From Ferroglobus placidus DSM 10642 (lineage in GTDB: Archaea; Halobacteriota; Archaeoglobi; Archaeoglobales; Archaeoglobaceae): a stretch of 32,000 nucleotides of DNA. Shown here piece by piece: positions 8,297 through 15,885 of the stretch. A model generated the notes under the pieces. The model saw only the letters and a program-made list of their open reading frames with translations, did not search any database and was not told the origin of the DNA. Location: NCBI RefSeq assembly GCF_000025505.1, contig NC_013849.1:810001-842000 (forward strand). Direction: 5' to 3'. Both the position numbers and the translations under genes were made by a program. Numbering within the stretch: position 1 is the stretch's first letter; each line of letters begins with the position of its first letter.

Positions 8297-9205
8297 TCAC
8301 GTCATCCACCTTATGTATGAGCCAAGAAAAACTGCGAGAACACCTAAAAGTAAGTTCGCGTAAGCCATTATTTTGAACGCTTTCACAGCAGACTTAACTT
8401 CCTTAAAATTCTCGAGAGCGTTTCCAACGTATCCTACCGGCTTAAACCTCTCCAATACAGATAAACCGTGGGGAGAATTTTTGATCTCCTCCGTCAAGTC
8501 TCTCCAAGCTTTATGATAGCCGGCGTGAATACCATCTTTCCACGATTTGCTCGATGAAAAGTCGTAAACGAGACCAAAAACGCTCACGAGAACTCTACTT
8601 TTATCATCGATTCTGTCAAATCTTTCGAGCTTTTTAATATCAACGTTAGATATCAAGGACGGATTTATCTTCGATTCCCTGAACTTTTTGTTCAGCTTGA
8701 AGGTTAACAGAACAGCCGTAGAGAGCATGAACAGGTAAATGAAGATTTTAACGAGAACAATTTTACCGCTTTCAGAAGTCAGTAGCTCTTCTAAAGAAGC
8801 GTATTTGAAATAAGTAAGCAAAAAACCGGTGATTCCGGTGAGAAAAATGCCGGTCCACCCGAGAAGAAGTTCTTTTTTCGGTGCGCCTCCAGCAACAACG
8901 ATATCTGGAGTTAAGATGACGTGGACGAAGATTATTGCGCCGATCCAGAAAACGGCAGAGAACAAGTGCAGGGATCCGACGATAAACACCACTTCTCTGC
9001 CAACTCCCCGCGAAAATTCCTTTTTCACCTTAAATTCCCTGCCAAACTCGTTCAAATCCCCGGTTTTGGGATTCGTGTGGCAAGCTGCGCATTCAAGACC
9101 GGTTTCTTCAGAATACTTCGGAAGAGCTTTTGCCGGGAATGCCAGAAGTAAGATTAACGTGATGACCACAAGGGCTCTCACGATCCAAAGTTTTCGGAAG
9201 TCCAA
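8297..9205 (-). CDS. membrane protein with N-terminal CxxCH haem-c site, about 4 TM helices and a cytochrome-b5-like domain
   Basis: 302-aa ORF with a signal-peptide-like N-terminus (LVVITLILLLAFPAKA). CAACH is encoded at 9077-9091. TM segments include VVFIVGSLHLFSAVFWIGAIIFVHVIL, LLLGWTGIFLTGITGFLLTYF and IVLVKIFIYLFMLSTAVLLTF. The block VLVSVFGLVYDFSSSKSWKDGIHAGYHKAWRDLTEEIKNSPHG resembles the b5-like haem/steroid-binding fold. A terminal TM follows. Confidence 0.6.
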   Translation of the reverse strand: MDFRKLWIVRALVVITLILLLAFPAKALPKYSEETGLECAACHTNPKTGDLNEFGREFKVKKEFSRGVGREVVFIVGSLHLFSAVFWIGAIIFVHVILTPDIVVAGGAPKKELLLGWTGIFLTGITGFLLTYFKYASLEELLTSESGKIVLVKIFIYLFMLSTAVLLTFKLNKKFRESKINPSLISNVDIKKLERFDRIDDKSRVLVSVFGLVYDFSSSKSWKDGIHAGYHKAWRDLTEEIKNSPHGLSVLERFKPVGYVGNALENFKEVKSAVKAFKIMAYANLLLGVLAVFLGSYIRWMT

Positions 9206-9288
9206 TAAAAACTTTGTCGTAACTTATGTCTGCCATCCAGTAAACTTAACTCATTTGAGCCATATAAAATCCTCGAAAACACGAATAC

Positions 9289-9795
9289 TTAACCTTGTCC
9301 CTTCACCCACTCGCTCAGGTATATCCTGTAGGTCTTTCCAAATCTCTCCCTGTATATCAAATCCTTCTCCTCGAGCTTCTTTATGATCATCGATATTTTC
9401 GACGTTGAAAAGCCCGTTCTGAAGTGGAGGCTGTCCTGCGTTATTCCCTCATTCTCCGCTATTATTCTAAGAACCTTTCTCTCGTCCTCTTCGAGAAGTT
9501 TTTCAGCTATGGCAAGTTTTTCGTCATATTTCTTGGTTTCCTGAGCATTTTCCTCTGATTCCTTCTGGTTGTTTGAATTAACATTTTCGCCCCTCTCTTT
9601 GTATCTTTCTGACTGAGCATTGAGAATTATGGGAATGAGAATCAGCAATATTCCAACGAGAGCCAGAATGGATGGCAGAGTGCTGTAATACGGAGAGTGC
9701 ATCATCATGTGGTGAGTTGTTTGAGGAACGAGAGTGTATGAAAATGCAAGAATTACAAGTCCAGCGATGATTAGGATGAGATATTCGCTTCTCAT
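9289..9795 (-). CDS. membrane-anchored winged-helix (MarR/ArsR-like) regulator
   Basis: 168-aa ORF with two N-terminal TM helices (YLILIIAGLVILAFSYTLV, LPSILALVGILLILIPIIL) and a charged linker. The C-terminal VLRIIAENEGITQDSLHFRTGFSTSKISMIIKKLEEKDLIYRERFGKTYRIYLS is a wHTH pattern. Confidence 0.6.
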   Translation of the reverse strand: MRSEYLILIIAGLVILAFSYTLVPQTTHHMMMHSPYYSTLPSILALVGILLILIPIILNAQSERYKERGENVNSNNQKESEENAQETKKYDEKLAIAEKLLEEDERKVLRIIAENEGITQDSLHFRTGFSTSKISMIIKKLEEKDLIYRERFGKTYRIYLSEWVKGQG

Positions 9796-10052
9796 AGACC
9801 AGCTTTCATCCGCCAGAACAAAAAACTTACTCCTTTCAAAATGTCAAAAATTAGTGGTGTTTTTTAACGAACTGGCGGTCAGTGAAGCGTGGTTGCAGCA
9901 CTTGAGATAGAAGAGAAATTATATTTCCAATCAAATTTCGAAGACTCGTAAACTTTACCCAATCTACTCTGCAAGCTGTTCATGCTCTTACAACTACCTG
10001 AGACGGTTAAGTTGACGGGGCTAAAAATTTAGGGAAAAGAGTAATACGAATT

Positions 10053-10076
10053 ACATATGAAATTTATTTCATGTGT
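10053..10076. promoter_or_regulatory. 24-bp near-perfect palindrome overlapping the hemerythrin-like start codon
   Basis: ACATATGAAATTTATTTCATGTGT contains a perfect 16-bp core, ATGAAATTTATTTCAT, at 10057-10072. Overall 11 of 12 base pairs are symmetric. The ATG at 10071 lies inside the right arm. Confidence 0.35.
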
Positions 10077-10553
10077 GCGAAGGTTATTGATGAATTTAGA
10101 GAGGATCACAGAGTTGTGAGAGATAGCCTATTAGAGCTTGCATCAGCTTTAGAGAAAAAAGAGATCAACAAAGCCAGAGATGTGCTCGAAAGACTGAACA
10201 AGCTCCTTGGACCTCACTTCAGGTTTGAAGAGGAGAAACTTTACCCAACCCTCAGAAAGTTTCTTGGAGAATACGTTGACAAGCTTTTGAAAGAGCACGA
10301 CACAGCAATAAGTTCCGCTAAAGAGCTGGCTGAACTTCTTTCCAAAGAGGAGATTTCCGACGAAGAGGCTAAAGAGGCAGCGAGCAAGGTTAGAGGTTTG
10401 CTCGTTCACGTTTCCAACTGCGATGGACTTGCGATACTTGCGGAAAGGTTGAGCGAAGAGGAGATAAAAGATCTCGAAAAAACATTCTCGGAATTCAGAA
10501 GCGAAGGTGTCCCGCTTTTGGAGTGGGCTGAAAAGATAAGGGTTAAAGCATGA
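10071..10553 (+). CDS. hemerythrin-like (HHE cation-binding) domain protein
   Basis: 160-aa all-helical ORF. His/Glu positions EDHRVV, HFRFEEEKLYP, KEHD and HVSNCD are spaced as in hemerythrin-like four-helix bundles. Confidence 0.5.
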   Translation: MCAKVIDEFREDHRVVRDSLLELASALEKKEINKARDVLERLNKLLGPHFRFEEEKLYPTLRKFLGEYVDKLLKEHDTAISSAKELAELLSKEEISDEEAKEAASKVRGLLVHVSNCDGLAILAERLSEEEIKDLEKTFSEFRSEGVPLLEWAEKIRVKA

Positions 10554-10957
10554 AAAACGTTTCCGTAATTTTTCATTCCGGGTCCTACGATAGAGTGCAC
10601 CATGGCTTATCCATAGCTCTATCCGCCCTACTCATGGGTGGAAAAGCGAAGCTTTACTTCACTCACGCTTCGCTGAAATACGTAAAAAAAGGAGTGAAGC
10701 CAAGTGAAAAAATTGTCGTGGAAGGAGACGAGTACTACGCTGAGAGGTATGTATCCAGCGTGGAAGAGGGGCATGTTGAGAAGCTTGAGGAGATGATAAG
10801 ATACTGTAAAGAGGTTGGAGCTGAGATCTACGCTTGTCCAGCTTCGATGGCAATGCTTAACATCTCAAGAGATGAGTTGATCGATGAGGTTGACGAGGTA
10901 ATAGGGCTTTCAGATTTCATTAACAGATCGAAGGATTTTGACCTGATATTTATTTAG
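10550..10957 (+). CDS. DsrE/DsrF-like sulfur-relay family protein (COG2210-like)
   Basis: 135-aa ORF. VSVIFHSGSYDRVHHGLSIALSAL and the conserved-Cys block GAEIYACPASMAMLNISRDELIDEVDEVIGLSDFI match the DsrE-like family pattern. It overlaps the upstream gene by 4 nt (ATGA). Confidence 0.6.
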   Translation: MKNVSVIFHSGSYDRVHHGLSIALSALLMGGKAKLYFTHASLKYVKKGVKPSEKIVVEGDEYYAERYVSSVEEGHVEKLEEMIRYCKEVGAEIYACPASMAMLNISRDELIDEVDEVIGLSDFINRSKDFDLIFI

Positions 10958-10985
10958 CTTCGTGCGATTACAAGAAAGAAACGAA

Positions 10986-10998
10986 TTTTTTATATATT
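10986..10998 (+). promoter_or_regulatory. candidate TATA box for the FAD-binding oxidoreductase gene
   Basis: ttttttatatatt is centred about 27 nt upstream of ATG 11019. It lies inside the longer GTG-initiated ORF (10962) of the track, which argues for the ATG 11019 start. Confidence 0.45.
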
Positions 10999-11018
10999 CG
11001 CCATTAAACCTGAAAAAT

Positions 11019-12260
11019 ATGTTCAAAGCCCCCTACACCACCCATCCTGTGAGGTTGCACATCTACTCCCACGACATCACATCACCACCCTGGATTTTTA
11101 AGAAGCTTATTAAGGAAGCCGACGTAGTCGTTCAGCCCAGAAGCGAGGATGATCTCGTTGAAATTCTTGAGTATGCGAAGGAAAATAAGATGCCCATAGT
11201 CCCGAGGGGTGCTGCAACTTCCGGTTACGGAGGAGCTGTGCCGTATAAAGGAGGAATAATCGTAGATTTTTCGAAGATGAACAGGTTTGAAGTAAACGAG
11301 GAAGAAGGAATTTTAATATCCCAGCCCGGAGCCGTTTGGCTCGATGTAAAAAAGGAGGTCGAGAAGAAGGGATTTACTCTTAGAGTTTATCCGACGAGTG
11401 CTCCTTCATCAACGGTCGGTGGATGGATCGCTCAGGGAGGTCACGGCATAGGCAGTTTCAAGTACGGAGAGGTGTGGGAAAGCGTTGAAAAAATCAGAGT
11501 TCTCGACTTTAGAGGGTTTAGAGAGACGTCAAACCTTCTCTTCTACTCCGGTCTCTGCGGAACGACAGGATTGATAACCAAAGCTTGGGTAAAGCTGAAA
11601 GATTACGTCGAGCATAAAAGAACTGGCTACAACACCGACGCCGGAATAATAATGAAGACTGTCAAAGCCCGTCCGCCGAAGCTTACAACCATTCTCCTCT
11701 ACGGTCACAAAACGATGGAGCTTAAAAAGGAGATAGAGGATCCTTCCCTTCCGGAATTTAGCGCAGCGTTGTTTGAGTACGAAGATCCAAACGCCAACGA
11801 GAACGAACTCGGAGAAAAGCTGTGGAAAGGTGTCTTCTATCCCCTGAGAATTAAAAGAAAGGGTCCGAGCTTGATAGTCAGCGAGGTGTTTTTGTCTTAC
11901 GTAACCGCCGAAGACTACATTTACTGGCTTGAGAACGAAGAAATCCCCTACGAAGTGCTGTTCTCAAAAAGAGGGGCGGCAGTTTTAGCCATGTTCTTCG
12001 AGGATGAGAGAAAATTCGGCTATACTTTAGCTTGGAGGAAGGCTCTGAAAGTGATGAGAGTCGCTGAGAGAAAGTACAAAGCTATTCCGTACTCGGTAGG
12101 TATGTATCTGGCTCACAAAGCCAAGAAATATTTCGAAAATTACGATGAGCTTGTCGAATTGAAGAAACTCGTTGATCCGTACAACCTGCTAAACCCCGGA
12201 AAAGTTTTTCCCTCCACACTGAGCTTCATAGCAAAGATAGCGAACATGGTGGTAATATGA
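11019..12260 (+). CDS. FAD-binding oxidoreductase, GlcD / D-lactate dehydrogenase-like (FAD_binding_4 family)
   Basis: VVQPRSEDDLVEILEYAKENKMPIVPRGAATSGYGGAVP is the classic FAD_binding_4 N-terminal pattern, and the C-terminal LKKLVDPYNLLNPGKVF is typical of the family. The start is moved from GTG 10962 to ATG 11019 because of the TATA box. Confidence 0.8.
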   Translation: MFKAPYTTHPVRLHIYSHDITSPPWIFKKLIKEADVVVQPRSEDDLVEILEYAKENKMPIVPRGAATSGYGGAVPYKGGIIVDFSKMNRFEVNEEEGILISQPGAVWLDVKKEVEKKGFTLRVYPTSAPSSTVGGWIAQGGHGIGSFKYGEVWESVEKIRVLDFRGFRETSNLLFYSGLCGTTGLITKAWVKLKDYVEHKRTGYNTDAGIIMKTVKARPPKLTTILLYGHKTMELKKEIEDPSLPEFSAALFEYEDPNANENELGEKLWKGVFYPLRIKRKGPSLIVSEVFLSYVTAEDYIYWLENEEIPYEVLFSKRGAAVLAMFFEDERKFGYTLAWRKALKVMRVAERKYKAIPYSVGMYLAHKAKKYFENYDELVELKKLVDPYNLLNPGKVFPSTLSFIAKIANMVVI

Positions 12261-13384
12261 AGTTCGAGAAGTTAGTTGAAGATGAAGCTTTCATCTGCGC
12301 TCAGTGCAATTTCTGCAGAGTTTGCCCTGCTTTCAAACACGAAGACTGGGAAAGTGCTTCGCCGAGGGGGAGAATTTATTTAATAAAGAGCCTAATTAGA
12401 GGAGAAATAAAACCGGAAGACCTCGACGAGGAGATAATTCAGGACTTTTTTAAATGCACGACCTGCGGAGAATGCGAGGTGGTTTGCCAAACTGAAATTC
12501 CGCTTATAGACGTTTGGGAAAAGGCGAGAGCGAGCCTCGTTAAGGAAGGATTTATCCTCCCCGCCCACAAAAGGATCGGAGAAGCGGCGAAAAAAACCGG
12601 CTGTCCCTACGGAGAAGATAGAAGCAGAGACTGGTGGTTAGACTTCGAGGTTAGCGAAAAAGCGGAAGTAGCATACTTTGCCGGATGCACCGCAACATTT
12701 AGAACTGTGGAAATAGCAAAAAACACCGTGGAATTTTTGAAAAAAGCTGGAATCGACTTCACCTACGCTAAAAACGATGAAATTTGCTGCGGCTCACCTC
12801 TTCTAAGGACAGGGCAGAGGGAAATAGCTTACGAATTCTTCAAAAAGAACTACGAGGAGTGGAAGAGGAGAGGTGTGAAAAAGATCGTAACGAGCTGCTC
12901 CGGATGTTACAGAACTATAAAAAGGGATTATCCGGAAATAGCGAAAGAGCTCGGTTACGAGTGGGACTTCGAAGTTTATCACGTTTCTCAGCTAATCCAC
13001 GAGCTGATAAAATCAGGAGAGCTGAGGCTGGAGAAATTGAACAAAACCGTAACCTATCACGACCCCTGCCACCTCGGAAGGCACATGAAGGTTTACGAAG
13101 AACCAAGAGAGGTTTTGAAAGCTTTAGGAGCGGATATCGTTGAGATGGAGAACAACAGAGAAGAAGCTTCCTGCTGCGGAGCTGGAGGGGGAGTAAAAGC
13201 CCAGTTTAAAGAGCTTGCGATGAAGATGGGAATTGACAGAATTTCCGAAGCTGAGAAAACCGGAGCAGAACTTATAGTTTCCTGCTGCCCCTTCTGCAAG
13301 CTTCACTTGAATCAGGCTGCCGAAGAAAAGAATTCAAAACTTAGAGTTGTGGATCTGATAGAGATCGTCAACCAGCTTTTGTAA
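12257..13384 (+). CDS. Fe-S oxidoreductase with two ferredoxin-type Cys clusters and two CCG domains (GlcF/GlpC/HdrD-like)
   Basis: 375-aa ORF with CAQCNFCRVCP and CTTCGECEVVCQ clusters. CCGSPL, CSGC, DPCH, CCGAGGG and CCPFC are CCG-domain signatures. It overlaps the FAD gene by 4 nt. Confidence 0.8.
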   Translation: MKFEKLVEDEAFICAQCNFCRVCPAFKHEDWESASPRGRIYLIKSLIRGEIKPEDLDEEIIQDFFKCTTCGECEVVCQTEIPLIDVWEKARASLVKEGFILPAHKRIGEAAKKTGCPYGEDRSRDWWLDFEVSEKAEVAYFAGCTATFRTVEIAKNTVEFLKKAGIDFTYAKNDEICCGSPLLRTGQREIAYEFFKKNYEEWKRRGVKKIVTSCSGCYRTIKRDYPEIAKELGYEWDFEVYHVSQLIHELIKSGELRLEKLNKTVTYHDPCHLGRHMKVYEEPREVLKALGADIVEMENNREEASCCGAGGGVKAQFKELAMKMGIDRISEAEKTGAELIVSCCPFCKLHLNQAAEEKNSKLRVVDLIEIVNQLL

Positions 13385-14086
13385 TCACCACACGATATCG
13401 GCGCAGTTAAAAACCGGTCCTTCGACGCAAACCCTCATTCCATTTCCGATTACACAGCTTCCGCAAACTCCAATTCCGCACTTCATGTATCTCTCCAGCG
13501 ACATTTCCACCCTCTTCTCGATTCCAAGCTCTTTAAAGTAGTTGTACAGACCCCTCAAGACTATCTCCGGTCCGCAGGCGTATATTCTATCGTATTCTTC
13601 CAAATCTTCTGAATAAACCAAATCGAAAACTGTCCCTTGCTCTCCGTAGCTTCCGTCTTCAGTGGCAACTCTGCATTCTCCGAAGCTTTCGAGGAAAATC
13701 AGATCGTCGTAGCTTCTCGCAGCGTAGATCGTCGAAATTTCTTCAGCGTACTTTTCCAAAAACTTTTGGAGAAAGGCTAAAGGAGCTGCTCCAATTCCCG
13801 CAGCAATTATCAAAGCTTTTCCGCTCGTGGGAGAGAATGGATTTCCGAGAGGCCCTTTTACACCAACCCTCGTTCCGGGCTTAATTTTTACGAGGTATCT
13901 CGTTGTCTCACCAACAGCTTTGACGGTAACGGAATTTTCAGAGGATAAGCTTAAGGGAATCTCTTCCAAGCCAAAAACGTGAAGCATAATGAACTGCCCG
14001 GGATAAGCTCTAAAGCTCCTGTCGAAGATGATAGTGGAGTACCTTTCGTTGTGTTCTATCACTTCCTCTATCTTTACCGTAAACAT
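13385..14086 (-). CDS. PyrK-like FAD/NAD(P)-binding oxidoreductase subunit with C-terminal [2Fe-2S] motif
   Basis: 233-aa ORF with GPLGNPF, IIAAGIGAAPL and the C-terminal MKCGIGVCGSCV...CVEGPVF pattern of the dihydroorotate-dehydrogenase electron-transfer subunit family. No pyrD lies next to it. Confidence 0.65.
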   Translation of the reverse strand: MFTVKIEEVIEHNERYSTIIFDRSFRAYPGQFIMLHVFGLEEIPLSLSSENSVTVKAVGETTRYLVKIKPGTRVGVKGPLGNPFSPTSGKALIIAAGIGAAPLAFLQKFLEKYAEEISTIYAARSYDDLIFLESFGECRVATEDGSYGEQGTVFDLVYSEDLEEYDRIYACGPEIVLRGLYNYFKELGIEKRVEMSLERYMKCGIGVCGSCVIGNGMRVCVEGPVFNCADIVW

Positions 14087-14210
14087 CCTAAACCCTCAGA
14101 GATCCGTTTTTCATCACTATTCAGAGGCGGATTAGTTCATCATCGGCTACAACTATTTGAATCGTAGTTTTATAAAATTTTACCACCGCCATGGTTGACG
14201 TCAACATGTC

Positions 14211-15424
14211 GTTTCAATCCTCTTTTCATCGAGAAGCCGTGCCGTTCGACTCGTTGTCATACTCGCTGGCTAGAGAGAATGTACCGTTTCAGTCCTCTAT
14301 TTGAGATTCACAGTTTCCCTTACCTTGAACCCGAATTTTTCGAGTTCTTCGAGCTTATAGTTTCAGTCCTCTATTTGAGATTCACGCAGAGGGAGGTTAC
14401 GGTCATAGAGGACATACAGCTTATGTTTCAGTCCTCTATTTGAGATTCCTGACTATTTAAGGCAGAACGGCTATGCTGTGTTTGGCAGGTTTCAGTCCTC
14501 TATTTGAGATTCAGTGGGCGTGGTTTGGATTAGCAGGCATGAGCTTAGCGAAAGTTTCAGTCCTCTATTTGAGATTCTTGAAGGCTATAGTGGACGAGGG
14601 CTGGGAGTGGATATTTAGGTTTCAGTCCTCTATTTGAGATTCGTGTGATAGCTGCGGGAATACCGGTCATCGTTAATATTCTACGTTTCAGTCCTCTATT
14701 TGAGATTCTGAAAGGAAAAAACTGCTGTATTATGCTCGGCGTAACGAACGTTTCAGTCCTCTATTTGAGATTCATATGAGCAAGTATGAAAAGAAGGTCA
14801 GAGTAGTGGTTGAAGTTTCAGTCCTCTATTTGAGATTCCGAGGTTGTAAGAATTGGTGGAGTTGAGGTATGGATAAGGTTTCAGTCCTCTATTTGAGATT
14901 CCTGGAAGGAGTCACCTACACCGAGGAGACTGCAACAATCAGTTTCAGTCCTCTATTTGAGATTCCGGAGCCAGAGGTGGAGTTGACATTCCGGCGGAAG
15001 ACAAGAGTTTCAGTCCTCTATTTGAGATTCCAACACATATATTACTTACCCCTAAGCAGAGACAGAATGAAGCGTTTCAGTCCTCTATTTGAGATTCTGG
15101 AACCACGAGTCATCAGAGACGCCATCGAGAGAGCCATGTTTCAGTCCTCTATTTGAGATTCTTTTCTGCTACGACTTTCTCGAAAGTGTTTCAACCAAGT
15201 ACAGTTTCAGTCCTCTATTTGAGATTCGAAGAATTGAGAAGAGTTTTGGAGACGAAGATATTTTGAAGTTTCAGTCCTCTATTTGAGATTCCAGAAAGAA
15301 GGCAGAACGAATTAAGGAATTGAAAAGGAAAAAGTTTCAGTCCTCTATTTGAGATTCTTATCTCTATCTTCCCTGAGGGCATTTCTTGCAGCCCTCATAA
15401 GTTTCAGTCCTCTATTTGAGATTC
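14211..15424 (-). CRISPR. CRISPR array: 18 identical 24-nt repeats plus 1 degenerate terminal repeat, 18 spacers, no adjacent cas genes
   Basis: The plus-strand repeat is GTTTCAGTCCTCTATTTGAGATTC. Copies start at 14286, 14360, 14425, 14489, 14554, 14619, 14685, 14750, 14815, 14878, 14942, 15007, 15074, 15138, 15204, 15268, 15334 and 15401. A degenerate copy, gtttcaatcctcttttcatcgaga, lies at 14211-14234. All spacers are unique: sixteen are 39-43 nt and the two leftmost are about 50 nt. The minus strand is inferred because the reverse complement GAATCTCAAATAGAGGACTGAAAC ends in the canonical GAAAC repeat terminus and the degenerate copy sits at the left (trailer) end. Confidence 0.95.
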
Positions 15425-15500
15425 GGTTGTACTCTAACAAAATTTACGTCGAATGGAAGTATATAACGCTTTCTCTTCGCAACGCCTTCTCGAACACGAT
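15425..15500 (-). promoter_or_regulatory. candidate CRISPR leader / promoter (TATA-like gtatataac at 15459-15467)
   Basis: An A/T-rich non-coding flank on the side predicted to be upstream of the array. A TATA-like element lies about 35-40 nt from the first repeat. Assignment is tentative. Confidence 0.3.
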
Positions 15501-15885
15501 ATACCGAGCGAAACAATTAAAAACGAAACCCTGGCGTGTTCGAGGAAAAATTTAAATAGTAGAAAGCTTTCCGCAGCTTTAACAGCGTTAAAGGTGCGAA
15601 ATGTTCGAGTAGTCCAGAAATTTTGGAACTACAGAGAAAATAAATTTAAAGCGAAATAAACCTTCAAAAAGATTCTAATTTGAAATTCAGTTGATCATCA
15701 GCCTTTTCAATTATTTAACAGGAAATTAAAGGACTGAAAAATGAGAAAATACTGAAGAAGATAGATAGGCACTGATTCAAGCGTTTATGCCGGCGTAGTC
15801 GTTAAGAAAGAATAGTGTGAGGTGTATGCTTATCAGTCCGCATATGTCAGAAAAAACTTATACCATTGTTGCATTTATTAGGCAC

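Noticed and set aside
8060-8309. 68-aa (+) and 71-aa (-) ORFs between the FAD oxidoreductase gene and the cytochrome gene
   Set aside because: The plus-strand ORF is one frame of the frameshifted HEPN remnant (it contains SVYELLKILAKK) and the minus-strand ORF is its antisense shadow. Neither is an intact gene.
9046-9070. GTTCAAATCC, a tRNA T-loop-like string
   Set aside because: The flanking bases cannot form a T-stem or acceptor stem, and the string lies inside the cytochrome CDS. I found no tRNA in the window.
9796-10052. A 275-nt intergenic region screened for small ORFs, for example a 33-codon minus-strand ORF starting with MNSLQSRLGK
   Set aside because: The ORFs are short with no motif, no TM or zinc-ribbon pattern and no start context. 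Apart from the palindrome reported separately, nothing supportable was found.
14104-14163. Possible further decayed repeats left of the array (gtttttcatcactattcagag at about 14106 and ctatttgaatc at 14153-14163)
   Set aside because: The matches are short and gapped, their spacing (about 36 and 69 nt) does not fit the ~65-nt period consistently, and the region doubles as the PyrK-like gene promoter. They cannot be distinguished from chance by eye.
14449-15333. Two spacers (14449-14488 and 15292-15333) share the 11-mer AAGGCAGAACG, which might indicate the same target element
   Set aside because: Similarity does not extend beyond the 11-mer. My rough estimate of the chance probability across all spacer pairs, on the order of 0.1, is not negligible. 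This is not enough to claim a common protospacer source.
14195-15555. ORF-track proteins of 65-95 aa running through the CRISPR array (14195-14443, 14869-15156, 15089-15286, 15349-15555) with the recurring peptide FSPLFEI / VSVLYLRF / FQSSI
   Set aside because: The recurring peptides are simply the 24-nt repeat translated in three frames. These are artefacts of the array, not genes.
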